A DNA stretch of 64,000 nt from Candidatus Eiseniibacteriota bacterium (GCA_963717505.1 OY970342.1:3008001-3072000), one strand, 5' to 3'. Shown: positions 18,568-30,825, numbered from the stretch's first letter. The notes: generated from the letters alone by a model not told the origin. Numbers and translations are program-made.

Positions 18568-19607
18568 CGATTGCTGTCCCCGGACGCGTGGCTCCCGGCG
18601 ACCCGGATTTGACCGCCCGGCAGCGCCGGATCTTCTCCGCGCTGCTCGCCATGCACCAGGCCCACGCGCGACCGGTCGGCTCGGAGTCCCTGGCCCGCCA
18701 CGAAGACATCGCGGTCTCGGCGGCCAGCGTGCGCGCCGACCTGGCCGAGCTCGAGGCCCTCGGGCTGCTCGAGCGGGCTCACGCTTCCTCGGGAAGGGTG
18801 CCGACGCGGCAGGGCTACAACCTCTTCATCCGGACGCTGGTCCGCCCCCCGGCGCTGCCGGCCGGGCTCGCGGCCGAGGTTCGCTCGACCCTCGAGCGTT
18901 CGTCGCGCGATGTCGAGCGGCTGCTCCACGACGCCGCGCGCGTCCTGTCGACCCTAACGCATCAGCTCGGTCTGGCGCAGGCGACGTCGCTCGCCCATGA
19001 GCGGCTGAGCGGCCTCGAGCTGGCCCGTCTCGGCGAGCGGCGCGTGCTCCTGGTGATGCACGTAGGCGATTTGGCGGTGCGCACGCTGGTGCTCGAGTTG
19101 CGGAGCGAACTCGATCCGGGCGACCTCGACGAGGTCGAGTCGGTGTTGCGCGAACGGTTGCTGGGGACGACCCTGGCCGAAGCCCGGGAGCGCATGGTGC
19201 GCGATCCCGAGCTGGTTCGTCGCAGCGCCGTGCGCATCGTGGTCGCGGCCGCGGCCGAGCGGTGGTCCGACTCGGAAGGCACGCCGCTCTACCGATCGGG
19301 CGCCAGCCACATGGCCGAGCAGCCGGAGTTCGCGCACGCAGCCGAGCTCGGGCCCGTGCTCGAAGCCGTCGAATCGGGCACGCCGCTCGAGCGCGTGCTG
19401 GCGTCGGGCATCGAAGGCCAGGTGGGAGCGCACGTCGGGCTGCGCCACGAGAGCGCGCTCGCCGGGTGCAGCCTGGTGACCTACCTGCTGCCGGCGCGCG
19501 TGCCGGCCGCGATCGGAGTCCTCGGCCCGTTGCGCATGAACTACGCCCTCGCCTTCGCCGTCGTCGAGATGGTCGGGGACCAGGTGGCCGACCTGCTGTC
19601 TTCCTGA
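18561..19607 (+). CDS. hrcA: Heat-inducible transcription repressor HrcA (divergent)
   Basis: LTARQRRIF, PVGSESLA, HASSGRVPT.GY, CSLVT, IGVLGPLRMNY; upstream of grpE. Confidence 0.92.
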   Translation: MLTIAVPGRVAPGDPDLTARQRRIFSALLAMHQAHARPVGSESLARHEDIAVSAASVRADLAELEALGLLERAHASSGRVPTRQGYNLFIRTLVRPPALPAGLAAEVRSTLERSSRDVERLLHDAARVLSTLTHQLGLAQATSLAHERLSGLELARLGERRVLLVMHVGDLAVRTLVLELRSELDPGDLDEVESVLRERLLGTTLAEARERMVRDPELVRRSAVRIVVAAAAERWSDSEGTPLYRSGASHMAEQPEFAHAAELGPVLEAVESGTPLERVLASGIEGQVGAHVGLRHESALAGCSLVTYLLPARVPAAIGVLGPLRMNYALAFAVVEMVGDQVADLLSS

Positions 19608-19617
19608 GCCGGTGGTC

Positions 19618-20223
19618 ATGACCCACGAATCGCGTTCCGGATCCGGGCCGCCGCCCGAGCCGCACGATCCCGGCGCCGAGTTGCCGGAGCCGACCGCCGA
19701 AGACCTCGAACTCGAGACCAAGGCGGAGGTCGTACCCAAGGCGTCGCCCGAAGGTGAAGCCGCGGGCGAGGACACCGAGGCGGCGCGCCGCTATCGCGAT
19801 CGCTGGCTGCGCTCCGAAGCCGAGCTGCAGAACTACCGGCGCCGCGCGGCCCGCGACCGCGAAGAGGCCGAGCGCCGGGCCGAGGAAGCAGTACTGCTCC
19901 AGATCATCGAGCAGCTCGACGATCTCGAGCGTGCGCTGGCCGCGGCCGGCCAGGCCGGTGCCGCCGAGTCCTGGGTCGAGGGCGTGCGCCTGGTGGCGCA
20001 GAAGATGCGCGACACGTTGTCCCGCTACGGCGTGGCTGCGGTGGAGACCGAAGGCAAGGCATTCGACCCCGAATTCCACGAAGCCATGCTCGAAGTGGAT
20101 CCGCCGCCGGGAATCGCCCCGGGCGGCGTGGTGCACGTCGATCGCCGCGGCTATCGGCGCGGTGGCCGCGTGCTGCGCGCGGCGCGCGTGGTGGTCGCGC
20201 GCATGACGGCGGAGCAGTCCTGA
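19618..20223 (+). CDS. grpE: Nucleotide exchange factor GrpE
   Basis: [33 protein letters not shown]...[10 protein letters not shown]. Confidence 0.95.
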   Translation: MTHESRSGSGPPPEPHDPGAELPEPTAEDLELETKAEVVPKASPEGEAAGEDTEAARRYRDRWLRSEAELQNYRRRAARDREEAERRAEEAVLLQIIEQLDDLERALAAAGQAGAAESWVEGVRLVAQKMRDTLSRYGVAAVETEGKAFDPEFHEAMLEVDPPPGIAPGGVVHVDRRGYRRGGRVLRAARVVVARMTAEQS

Positions 20224-21350
20224 TGGCGCGACGCGACTACTACGAGGTTCTGGGCGTCGCGCGCACCGCGACCGAAGACGAGATCAAGAAGGCCTACCGG
20301 AAGCTGGCGTTCGAGAATCATCCGGACCGCAATCCGGGGGACGCCTCGGCCGAACAGCGTTTCAAGGAGGCGACCGAGGCGTACGAGATCCTGCGCGACG
20401 GATCGAAGCGCGCGCACTACGACCGCGTCGGCCACGCACGCGAGCCCGCCGCGGGTGGCGTCGATTTCAGTGGCTTCGACCTCGCCGACGCACTGCGCGC
20501 GTTCATGCGCGACTTCGGCGGCGACTCGCCGTTCGCGGACTTCTTCGGCGGCGGGCGCCGGACCGCGCGCGAAGGCGACGACCTGCAGGTGCGGGTCAAG
20601 CTAACGCTCGAGGAGATCGCCGAGGGGGTCGAGAAGAAGATCCGCGTGAAGCACCTGCGGCCGTGCGAAACCTGCAAGGGCCAGGGCGGGACGGGTGAGA
20701 CCACCTGCAGCCAGTGCCAGGGTCGCGGCCAGGTCCGTCGCGTGCAGCAATCGCTGCTCGGGCAGTTCGTGAACATCGCCACCTGTCCCCAGTGCTCGGG
20801 GGAGGGCAAGGTGTTCCTCGAGCCGTGTCGGACGTGCAACGGCGACGGGCGCACGCCGGTGACCGAGACCATCGCGGTTCAGGTCCCCGCCGGGGTGACC
20901 GGCGGCAATTTCATTCCGTTGCGCGGCATGGGCGACGCGGGTCCGCGCGGCGGTCCGCCCGGCGATCTGATCGTGCTCATCGAGGAAAAACCGCACGCGG
21001 TGTTCGAGCGTCATGGCGACGATCTGCTGCTCGAAGTCCCGGTCAGCTTCGTGACCGCGGCGCTGGGCGGGAAGGTCGAGGTGCCGACGCTCGACGGCGG
21101 AGTCGCCTCGCTCGAGATTCCGGCGGCCACGCCCGGGGGCAAGGTGCTGCGGATCAAGCATCGCGGATTGCCGGGGCTGCGCGGTGGGCGCGGCGACATC
21201 GTGGCGCGCATCGCGATCTGGGTGCCGCCCAGGCTCAGCGCCGCCGACCGGCGCCGACTCGAGGAGCTCGGCAGTTCCGAGAGCATGCGGCCGCCGGCGC
21301 CCGGGAAATCGATGTTCGAGCGGATGCGGAACGCGTTTGCCGGAACGTGA
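20223..21350 (+). CDS. dnaJ: Chaperone DnaJ
   Basis: [11 protein letters not shown] motif, G/F region, four CxxCxGxG repeats. Confidence 0.97.
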   Translation: MARRDYYEVLGVARTATEDEIKKAYRKLAFENHPDRNPGDASAEQRFKEATEAYEILRDGSKRAHYDRVGHAREPAAGGVDFSGFDLADALRAFMRDFGGDSPFADFFGGGRRTAREGDDLQVRVKLTLEEIAEGVEKKIRVKHLRPCETCKGQGGTGETTCSQCQGRGQVRRVQQSLLGQFVNIATCPQCSGEGKVFLEPCRTCNGDGRTPVTETIAVQVPAGVTGGNFIPLRGMGDAGPRGGPPGDLIVLIEEKPHAVFERHGDDLLLEVPVSFVTAALGGKVEVPTLDGGVASLEIPAATPGGKVLRIKHRGLPGLRGGRGDIVARIAIWVPPRLSAADRRRLEELGSSESMRPPAPGKSMFERMRNAFAGT

Positions 21351-22065
21351 GCTCCCGGCCTATCTGCATCTGACCGGGCCGTTCGCGCCGGGATCGTCGC
21401 TCGAGCTGCCCGAATCGGACGCCCACTACGTCGCGCGTGTCTGTCGCGCGGCTCCGGGTGATCGTGCGACCGCGACCGATGGCCGCGGCTCCGTCGCGCG
21501 ACTCGAGATCATCGAGGCCGGCGCCCGCGTCGTCGCGCGTTGCATGACGGTCACCGAGGTGGCGCGAGTGAGCGAAGCCTGGGTTCTGTGTGGCGCTCCC
21601 GAGGACGGGCGCGCCGACTGGCTGATCGAGAAGCTCGCGGAGTTCGGCGTCGCCCGCTTCCAACCGGTAGACGGCACGCGCGGCAGATGGCGGACGGGGA
21701 GGACGGAGCGATGGCGACGTCTGGCCTCGGCGGCGCTCCGGCAATCCCAGCAGGCGTACGCACTCGAGATCGGTGAAGTAATGCCGCTCGAAGCCGCACT
21801 GGCGACGGTTCCGGAGGATGCCTCGCGGTGGTCGGCGCAGGCGTCGGGAGAGGGCGAGGACCTGCCGCGGCCAGCACCGGCCCGGGTTGCGGGCGTGATC
21901 GGTCCGGCCGGGGGCTGGACCGATTCCGACCTGGAATCGTTGGGGCAGCGAGGGTACCGCCCGCTGCGATTGGCCGGGGCCCGACTGCGTTGCGAGTCCG
22001 CGGCACTGGCGTGGGCAGCCTGGTGGGCCCGCGGGGTTCTTGACCGGCCGGTTCGACCGCTCTAA
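21337..22065 (+). CDS. rsmE: 16S rRNA m3U1498 methyltransferase RsmE (divergent)
   Basis: [32 protein letters not shown] (cf. IGPEGGF), RLRCESAA (cf. LRTETA); follows dnaJ; probable TTG start at 21337. Confidence 0.85.
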   Translation: MPERELPAYLHLTGPFAPGSSLELPESDAHYVARVCRAAPGDRATATDGRGSVARLEIIEAGARVVARCMTVTEVARVSEAWVLCGAPEDGRADWLIEKLAEFGVARFQPVDGTRGRWRTGRTERWRRLASAALRQSQQAYALEIGEVMPLEAALATVPEDASRWSAQASGEGEDLPRPAPARVAGVIGPAGGWTDSDLESLGQRGYRPLRLAGARLRCESAALAWAAWWARGVLDRPVRPL

Positions 22066-22068
22066 ACT
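22040..22068 (+). promoter_or_regulatory. Putative sigma70 promoter of the rpsU-...-dnaG-rpoD operon
   Basis: TTGACC, 17 nt, TAAACT. Confidence 0.65.
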
Positions 22069-22154
22069 GCTCGGCTCGGCGTCGATGTTCGTCGACGCGG
22101 CAGTCCATTCCTCCCGCACGGTTCCCAAGTCGAGGGCAGAGAGGGGGAGATTTT

Positions 22155-22349
22155 TTGCCCGGAATCAGGGTGAAGGAAGGCGAATCCTTCGAGAGCGCCC
22201 TGCGCCGTTTCAAGAAGAAGTGCGAGAAGGCCGGAGTCATGGCGGACCTTCGCCGGCACCAGCACTTCGAGAAACCCAGTGATCGTCGCAAGCGCAAGTT
22301 GAACGCCGCAAGGCGAAAGAACCTGGCCCGCCGAAATCAGGAGAACTGA
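22155..22349 (+). CDS. rpsU: 30S ribosomal protein S21
   Basis: [22 protein letters not shown]...HFEKPS; TTG start after GAGGGGGAG. Confidence 0.96.
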   Translation: MPGIRVKEGESFESALRRFKKKCEKAGVMADLRRHQHFEKPSDRRKRKLNAARRKNLARRNQEN

Positions 22350-22382
22350 GGTCACCTGAGCGCCAGTCCGCCATGGACCTGG

Positions 22383-22943
22383 GTGGACGGCTTGTTGATC
22401 GTCCTCTTGTGCGGGTTTGCCCTCCGCGGTTGGTTTCGCGGCATTCTGCTCGAGATCTTTTCCCTGCTCGGGCTGCTCGCTGGCGTGATCGCGGCGAGCA
22501 CCGTTTTCCAATGGGTCGGTGAGCACTGGGTGCATGCACGGCCCGCGTGGTTGTACGCCATCTTGCGCGTGCTGGTGGCGGCACTGGCCGGTCTGGCGCT
22601 GGTTTCCTTGTTCCATTGGATCGGGGTTCGAGTCCGCGAGGTCGCGCGACGCGGACCGGTCACCGCGATCGACGGACCGCTCGGCGTGGTCGCCGGGGCC
22701 GCGATCGGCGCGATGATCGCCACACTGGCACTGGTCGTCGCGCTTCTGACGCCATGGCCGCCCGAGTTGGGGGGAGCCGCGGCGAAGGCCCGGCTCGCGC
22801 TGCCGGCGTTGAACGGGGCTGAACGCGTGCTCGAGTGGTGTTCCCCCGCGGTTCCGGGGGCTCGATGGTTGCGGGCGCGAGTCGAGGACGCGTCCCGCCG
22901 GGCGCGCGCGCGTGGAGCGAAGGCACCGACCTCGGCGGTCTGA
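22383..22943 (+). CDS. cvpA: CvpA family membrane protein
   Basis: GFALRGWFRGILLEIFSLLG, IDGPLGVVAG, four hydrophobic segments; upstream of mutS2. Confidence 0.8.
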   Translation: MDGLLIVLLCGFALRGWFRGILLEIFSLLGLLAGVIAASTVFQWVGEHWVHARPAWLYAILRVLVAALAGLALVSLFHWIGVRVREVARRGPVTAIDGPLGVVAGAAIGAMIATLALVVALLTPWPPELGGAAAKARLALPALNGAERVLEWCSPAVPGARWLRARVEDASRRARARGAKAPTSAV

Positions 22944-22952
22944 GGGTCAGTC

Positions 22953-25328
22953 GTGGATCGCATCGCGCTCGATCGTCTCGAGTTCCATCGCGTCGCCGCC
23001 GACATCGCCGGGCGCGCGGAGTCTGCGGCCGGTGCTGCGCGACTGCGGGCATGGCATCCGATTCCTGAATCGGAGGCGCGTCGCGCCGAGGTCGCGCTCC
23101 TGCGCGAAGCCGTGGCTCGAACGCGTGAGCCGGGACCCTGGCTCCAGGTGTCCGCGGAACCCCTCGAAGATCTGCTCGATCCGGAACGTCGCGAGTTCGA
23201 AGCCCTCGACCTGCTCCGGGTGCGTGGCTGGCTCGACGCGGCGCAGGCGACCCGCGAAGCGTGGGGCGACGACGAGTCGTCCGCGCGCCATCCGGGGCTG
23301 AGTCGCAGGGCGCTCGGGCTGCCGGATCTCGGGCGCCTGCGCGCCGAGTTGCACCGAGCACTCGAGCCCGACGGCCGGGTCGCCGACGCGGCGTCGCCGG
23401 CGCTGGCGCGAGCGCGGTCCGGTCTCGCCGCCGGCGAGCGCGACACCCAGACCCGGCTCGAACGCTGGGCGCGCGGCTTTGGCGAGGACGCCTACGTCAC
23501 CCGACACGCCGAGCGATTCGTCGCCCTGGTTCCGGCCGCGTCGTTCTCGCGCCGGCGCGGCATCGTCCACGACGTCTCGGGCAGCGGCCAGTCCCTGTTC
23601 GTCGAGCCGGTCGAGTTCACCGAGGCGAACAACCGGCTGATCGAGTTGCGCGCCACCGTGTCCGACGAGGAGCGGCGCATCATCCGAGCGCTGGGCGAAT
23701 CCGTGGTCGCCGAACGAGAGGCCCTGGACGCCACCCACGAGGCGCTCGTTCACCTCGATACCCTGCGGGCGCGCGGACGATGGGCGGTGGAGCTGGGCGG
23801 CATCGTGCTGGCGCCGGGCGGCGAACGGCTGCGCCTGGTCGCGGCCCGACATCCGTTGCTCGCGGCCGCGGGCGTGAACGTGGTCCCGCTCGATCTCGAG
23901 CTGAGCGATCAGGATTCGATCCTCCTGGTCACCGGGCCCAACACCGGCGGCAAGACCGTGCTGCTCAAGACGGTCGGACTCGCGGCGGCGCTGGCGCATG
24001 CCGCGCTGCCGGTCGCCGCCGCCGAAGGCAGCGCCATGCCGGAATTCGACGACATCCTCGTCGACCTCGGCGATGCCCAGTCGCTCGACCAGGGGCTTTC
24101 GACCTTTGCGGCGCACCTGCGCACGCTCGACCTCATGGCTCGGCGCGCGGGTCCGCGAGTCCTGCTGTTGTGCGACGAACTGGGAGCCGGCACCGACCCT
24201 GAAGAAGGAGGGCCTCTCGGCCGCGCATTGGTCGAACGTTTCGCCGAGCAGCGCGCCTGGGCCGTGATCACCACCCATTTGGGTTCGCTCAAATTGCTGG
24301 CTGGCGTGGTGTCGGGGGTGGTCAACGGCTCGCTCGAGATCGATGCCGCGGTGATGGCGCCGACCTTCCGGTTCATCGCCGGTGTGCCGGGCGCGAGTCA
24401 CGCGCTCGACATGGCCGAGCGGCTCGGGCTCGAACCCGAGCTGATCGCCAGTGCCCGGGCGACGGTGCGTGAAGAATCGGCCACGCTCGAGCGCGTGCTC
24501 CACGAGCTTCAGGCGCTGCGCCGAACCCTCGACGAAGAGCGCGCAGCACTGGTGCTCGCGCGCGAAGCCGCCACCGACGCCGAGCAGTCGCACCGCGAGA
24601 GATCGCGAGCGTTGTCCGAGGAACTGGAGCGGACGACGCGCCGGCTGACGGCCGAGAGCGAAGCTCTGGTCGCGCGCGCCCGCGAACTGTGGCAATCGAT
24701 TCAGCGCGAGGCCAAGCGCGCCGACAAGTCGCGCGCGGCCGCGACCGACCTGCATCACCACCTGCGCGACGTCGAGCGAGGCATCGACCGGCTGTCGGCC
24801 GCCGGGGCTCAGGCGTTGGCGGCGCACGGCGTGACCGGGGCCGCCGCGGCCCAGCCGCTCGCGCGCGACGAGGTCGCTCCGGGACTCAAGGTGCGCGTCG
24901 GCAGTCTCGGGATGGAAGCCGAGGTGGTCTCAGCACCCGATCGCGACGGGCAGGTTCAACTCCGCCGCGGCGCCTGGACCATCAAGGTGCATCTCGACGA
25001 CCTGGCCCGCGTCCCGGCCGGCGCGGCGAAACCGACCCAGGTAACGCGCGCCCCGGAGTCGTCGGCCACGTGGGAGTCGGACGAGGCTCCACTCGAGGTC
25101 GACCTACGCGGAAAGGAAGTGGACGAAGCGCTCTTGAGCCTCGATCATGCGCTCGACCGCGCGGTGCTGGCCGGAATGCACGAACTCAAGATCGTTCACG
25201 GTGTCGGCAAGGGCGTGCTGCGCGCCGCGGTGGAGCGCCATCTGCGCGGCCATCCTCAGGTCGCGAGCACGCGGGCGGGCGGAGTCGGCGAGGGCGGACG
25301 CGGCGTGACTCTCGCCCGGCTGCGCTAG
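22953..25328 (+). CDS. mutS2: Endonuclease MutS2
   Basis: LDRLEFHRV, VHDVSGSGQSLFVEP, Walker A TGPNTGGKT, DELGAGTDP, TTH, C-terminal Smr domain (VDLRG, IVHGVGKGVLR). Confidence 0.95.
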   Translation: MDRIALDRLEFHRVAADIAGRAESAAGAARLRAWHPIPESEARRAEVALLREAVARTREPGPWLQVSAEPLEDLLDPERREFEALDLLRVRGWLDAAQATREAWGDDESSARHPGLSRRALGLPDLGRLRAELHRALEPDGRVADAASPALARARSGLAAGERDTQTRLERWARGFGEDAYVTRHAERFVALVPAASFSRRRGIVHDVSGSGQSLFVEPVEFTEANNRLIELRATVSDEERRIIRALGESVVAEREALDATHEALVHLDTLRARGRWAVELGGIVLAPGGERLRLVAARHPLLAAAGVNVVPLDLELSDQDSILLVTGPNTGGKTVLLKTVGLAAALAHAALPVAAAEGSAMPEFDDILVDLGDAQSLDQGLSTFAAHLRTLDLMARRAGPRVLLLCDELGAGTDPEEGGPLGRALVERFAEQRAWAVITTHLGSLKLLAGVVSGVVNGSLEIDAAVMAPTFRFIAGVPGASHALDMAERLGLEPELIASARATVREESATLERVLHELQALRRTLDEERAALVLAREAATDAEQSHRERSRALSEELERTTRRLTAESEALVARARELWQSIQREAKRADKSRAAATDLHHHLRDVERGIDRLSAAGAQALAAHGVTGAAAAQPLARDEVAPGLKVRVGSLGMEAEVVSAPDRDGQVQLRRGAWTIKVHLDDLARVPAGAAKPTQVTRAPESSATWESDEAPLEVDLRGKEVDEALLSLDHALDRAVLAGMHELKIVHGVGKGVLRAAVERHLRGHPQVASTRAGGVGEGGRGVTLARLR

Positions 25329-25342
25329 GGACGGAGCAAACG

Positions 25343-27079
25343 ATGACCGGCACCGAAGACTGGATCGAGCGGGTGCGGCAGGCCAGCGATCTCGCCGAGA
25401 TTGCCGGCCAGACCATCACGTTGAAGCGCGTCGGCCGGAATCTGATGGGTTTGTGCCCGTTTCATTCCGAGAAGACGCCGTCGTTTTCGGTGCACCCCGA
25501 ACGGCAGTTCTACCATTGCTTCAGCTGCAAGGCGGGCGGCGACGTGTTCCGTTTCGTCCAGGAGACCGAGAAGATCGGGTTCCTGGACGCGGTCGAGCTG
25601 CTGAGCCGCCGGGCGGGGATTCCGGTTCCGGAACGGCGGGGCGGGACCGGAGGCCAGCGCGGCCGGCTGGTCGAGGCCCTGGCCGAAGCCGCGGCGGCCT
25701 ACGAGCAGTGGCTGGCCGACCCGCGCCAGGGGGAGGCGGCGCGTAGCTACCTCGAGAGCCGCGGGATCGATCGCGAGACCCAAAGGGCGTTCCGACTTGG
25801 GGTTGTGCCCCCGGGCTGGGATCACCTGGCCCGCCGGCTCGGCGGCCGGTTTCCCGAAGAGATCCTGGTCCAGGCGGGGCTCGTCAGTCGAAAAGACGGC
25901 GGCCGAGGACTTTACGATCGCTTTCGCAACCGAATTCTCATCCCCCTCATCCAAGTCGGCGGCGAAGTCGTCGGATTCGGCGCCCGGGCACTCGATGCCG
26001 GGGATGAGCCCAAGTACCTGAATTCCCCGGAAACCGCGGTCTATCACAAGAGTTCTTTCCTCTACGGCCTGGACCGTGCCCGCCGTCACGTCCAGCCCGG
26101 GGGGGAGGTCATCGTGGTCGAGGGCTACTTCGACGTCATGGTTCTGCACCAGGCCGGGCTGGCCCATACCGTGGCGACTTCGGGGACCGCGCTGACCCCG
26201 GAGCACGCGAAGTCCTTGAGGCGGATGACGAACCGCATCGCGTTGACGTACGATGGCGATTCTGCGGGTCGCGAGGCCGTCGTCCGTTCGCTCGGGACCC
26301 TGCTGGCCGGAGGCCTGGACGTCGTCGTGGTCGATCTGCCGGCGGGCGAAGATCCGGATTCGTTGGTGCGCAAAGGCGGCCTGGCCGCCTGGGAGGCCGT
26401 TCGCTACCGCGCGGGCGATCCGGTGGCATTTCTCGAACGACATGTCATCCGAACGGGAGGCACGGCCGATACGCGCGAGGCGGCCGTGCAGGCGGCCGTT
26501 CGGCTGGCGTCGGAAGTCTCCGATCCCGTGCGCTCGCGATTGCTGATCGAACGAGCGAGCGAGGTCTTCGGCTTGTCGGCCGACGTCCTCGCCCGCGCGG
26601 TGGGGCTGAGGCGGAGCGGGCAGGTCTCGGAGCAACCGGCGCGCTCCGCGGTGCGTGCCCAGAGGTCCGCGGAACGCGAACTCGAAGAACAAGTGCTGCG
26701 CGCGTTGCTGAACGAACCCGAAGCGCGGGACCGGGCCGGAGAACGCATCGGCCCCGGGGACTTCCGTGATCCTGTGTGCCGGGCGGTGGCCGAGTGGTTG
26801 TGGTCGGGCGCGAGTGGCGCGCCCGAGGATGAAGCGGCGGCGGTTCTGGCGCGCGAGTTGTCGCTGGCGCCACCGGGATCGTTCGACTGGCAGGAGGAAG
26901 TGCGCGGCGGAACGCGCGCGTTGATCGTGCGACGCCTGAAGACGCAGCGAAAGGAAGCACAAGAGGCATTGCGGCAGACGGCATCGGACGCCGAACAACG
27001 GACTCTGCTCGAAACCGTCGGGCGACTATCGCGACAAATCGAGGACCTGGAACGCAACGCCCGGGACCTCGCGGTCTGA
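25343..27079 (+). CDS. dnaG: DNA primase
   Basis: Zinc finger CPFHSEKTPSF...CFSC, YDRFRNR, PKYLNSPET, TOPRIM VEGYFDV and YDGDSAG, EDPD. Confidence 0.97.
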   Translation: MTGTEDWIERVRQASDLAEIAGQTITLKRVGRNLMGLCPFHSEKTPSFSVHPERQFYHCFSCKAGGDVFRFVQETEKIGFLDAVELLSRRAGIPVPERRGGTGGQRGRLVEALAEAAAAYEQWLADPRQGEAARSYLESRGIDRETQRAFRLGVVPPGWDHLARRLGGRFPEEILVQAGLVSRKDGGRGLYDRFRNRILIPLIQVGGEVVGFGARALDAGDEPKYLNSPETAVYHKSSFLYGLDRARRHVQPGGEVIVVEGYFDVMVLHQAGLAHTVATSGTALTPEHAKSLRRMTNRIALTYDGDSAGREAVVRSLGTLLAGGLDVVVVDLPAGEDPDSLVRKGGLAAWEAVRYRAGDPVAFLERHVIRTGGTADTREAAVQAAVRLASEVSDPVRSRLLIERASEVFGLSADVLARAVGLRRSGQVSEQPARSAVRAQRSAERELEEQVLRALLNEPEARDRAGERIGPGDFRDPVCRAVAEWLWSGASGAPEDEAAAVLARELSLAPPGSFDWQEEVRGGTRALIVRRLKTQRKEAQEALRQTASDAEQRTLLETVGRLSRQIEDLERNARDLAV

Positions 27080-27141
27080 CTCGAACGTGATCGAAACTCC
27101 ACTGGAGACGATGCTGGGACACTAAGGGGGAACGGCGGTAC

Positions 27142-28935
<1,794 letters not shown>

Positions 28936-28948
28936 CCGGTCCGCTCGT

Positions 28949-28978
28949 TTGACACCGTTGCGAAGCCGGTGCTAGACA
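28949..28978 (+). promoter_or_regulatory. Putative sigma70 promoter for the tRNA pair
   Basis: TTGACA, 18 nt, TG-c-TAGACA. Confidence 0.55.
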
Positions 28979-29015
28979 GTGCGGTTCCGGCGCACTCGAT
29001 GGTGCGCTTCCGCCT

Positions 29016-29089
29016 GGGCCCATAGCTCAGCGGTCCAGAGCGGCCGGCTCATAACCGGTAAGACCCTGGTTCGAATCCAGGTGGGCCCA
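29016..29089 (+). tRNA. tRNA with CAT anticodon, most likely tRNA-Ile2 (lysidine-modified); CCA not encoded
   Basis: Acceptor GGGCCCA/TGGGCCC, anticodon arm GCCGG-ctCATaa-CCGGT, T-arm CCTGG-TTCGAAT-CCAGG. G1-C72 and no GGG/CCC anticodon stem exclude an initiator. Position after rpoD matches ileX-type genes. Confidence 0.9.
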
Positions 29090-29135
29090 TGGGCCCGCGC
29101 ACGCCTCGCAATGGGGACGCCGGACGGTCGCTCAT

Positions 29136-29211
29136 GGGCGGATAGCTCAGTTGGTAGAGCACCTGGATCACAACCAGGGGGTCACAGGTTCGAGTCCTGT
29201 TCCGCCCACCA
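29136..29211 (+). tRNA. tRNA-Val(CAC)
   Basis: Acceptor GGGCGGA/TCCGCCC, anticodon arm CCTGG-atCACaa-CCAGG, T-arm ACAGG-TTCGAGT-CCTGT, A73-CCA. Confidence 0.93.
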
Positions 29212-29223
29212 TTTCGAGAGGTC

Positions 29224-29967
29224 ATGACCGAGCCCACACCAACGGCGCCACCGATGAGCGACGAGATCCGCCGGCTGTGGGTGATCGCCGGGCTCGACGA
29301 CGAGATCGTCGCGATCGACACCCAGTTGGCGCGGTTCCCGGCCGAGCGCGAAGGCTTGGAGCGCCGGGTGACCGGCGAGCGCCGCCGGCTGGAAGAGCAG
29401 CAGAAGGCGGTGACCGAGCTGCAGAAGCGGCGGCGCGACCTCGAACGCGAGATCGAGAGCCTGACCGAGCAGGAGCGCAAATTCCTGGGACAACAGGCGT
29501 CGGTCAAGACCAATGCCGAGTACCAGGCGCTGACCCACGAGATCGATGGCGCGCGCAAGAAGCGCTCGGACCGCGAGACCGACGTGTTGGTCTTGATGGA
29601 GGACGAGCAGGCGCGCGCCGGCGAGCGCCCCGGCATCGAGGCGGCGTTGCGCGCCGCCGAGACGGAGCGCAACGATCGTCTGCGCGCCCTCGAGGAGACC
29701 GAGAAGCAGGAACGCGCGCGCCGTGATCAGCGCGCCAGCGCCCGCGCCGAGGAACTCGGTGCGCTGCCGGGCCCGACTCGGGCGCGCTACGAGCGAGTGC
29801 ACGTCTCGAAGCAGGGTCGCGCGGTGGTGCTGATCCAAAAGGGCGCATGCGGCGGCTGCTTCCGGTCGCAAGCGCCGCAGGCGCTGCAGGAAGCCCGCAA
29901 GCGCGATCGAATCATCATCTGCGACGGCTGCGGGCGAATTCTGATCCTGCCTCCCGACGCGGCTTGA
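29224..29967 (+). CDS. Coiled-coil protein with C4 zinc ribbon (DUF164/zf-RING_7 type)
   Basis: Long coiled coil, VKTNAEYQALTHEI, CGGC...CDGCGRIL. Confidence 0.88.
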   Translation: MTEPTPTAPPMSDEIRRLWVIAGLDDEIVAIDTQLARFPAEREGLERRVTGERRRLEEQQKAVTELQKRRRDLEREIESLTEQERKFLGQQASVKTNAEYQALTHEIDGARKKRSDRETDVLVLMEDEQARAGERPGIEAALRAAETERNDRLRALEETEKQERARRDQRASARAEELGALPGPTRARYERVHVSKQGRAVVLIQKGACGGCFRSQAPQALQEARKRDRIIICDGCGRILILPPDAA

Positions 29968-29992
29968 GCGCTTGGGCGCCGGCCCGTATGGT
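29964..29992 (+). promoter_or_regulatory. Putative promoter giving a leaderless RNase HI transcript
   Basis: TTGAGC, 17 nt, TATGGT, then 6 nt to GTG 29999. Confidence 0.5.
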
Positions 29993-29998
29993 TGCGGC

Positions 29999-30415
29999 GT
30001 GAGCGAGACCTCCCCGATCTGGACGTTGCGCTGCGACGGCGGGGCGCGCGGCAACCCGGGCCCGGGGGCGTGCGCCTACGTGCTCGCCGACGCTTCGGGC
30101 CGCGAAGTGGAAGCGCGGGGCGAGTATCTGGGCGAGGTCACCAACAACGTCGCCGAGTATCGCGGGCTGATCGCCGGGCTCGATGCCGCGCTCCGGCGCG
30201 GAGCGAAACCGCTGATCGTCTACATGGATTCCGAGCTGGTCGTACGTCAGATGACCGGCGAGTACCGGGTCAAGAATGCCGGGCTCAAGCCGCTGCATGC
30301 CGAGGCCCAGGAGCGGGCCGAGCAGCTGCGTCCGGTGCGTTTCGTCGCAGTGCGGCGCGAGGACAACACCCGCGCCGACCAGCTGGTCAACGACACGCTC
30401 GACGGTATCCTGGGT

Positions 30416-30433
<18 letters not shown>
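29999..30433 (+). CDS. rnhA: Ribonuclease HI family protein
   Basis: CDGGARGNPGPG, TNNVAEY, DSELVVRQMTGEYRVK, REDNTRADQL. Confidence 0.92.

Positions 30434-30825
<392 letters not shown>

Noticed and set aside
22373-22390. Possible frameshift at the cvpA start (ATG-G-ACC-TGG-GTG-GAC would give the typical MTWVD if one G were removed)
   Set aside because: An in-frame GTG at 22383 gives an essentially complete protein; a sequencing error cannot be told from a natural variant without reads.
29082-29096. TGGGCCC repeated right after the tRNA(CAT) 3' end, as a possible integration scar
   Set aside because: Only 7 bp, GC-rich and self-complementary, with no foreign DNA following.
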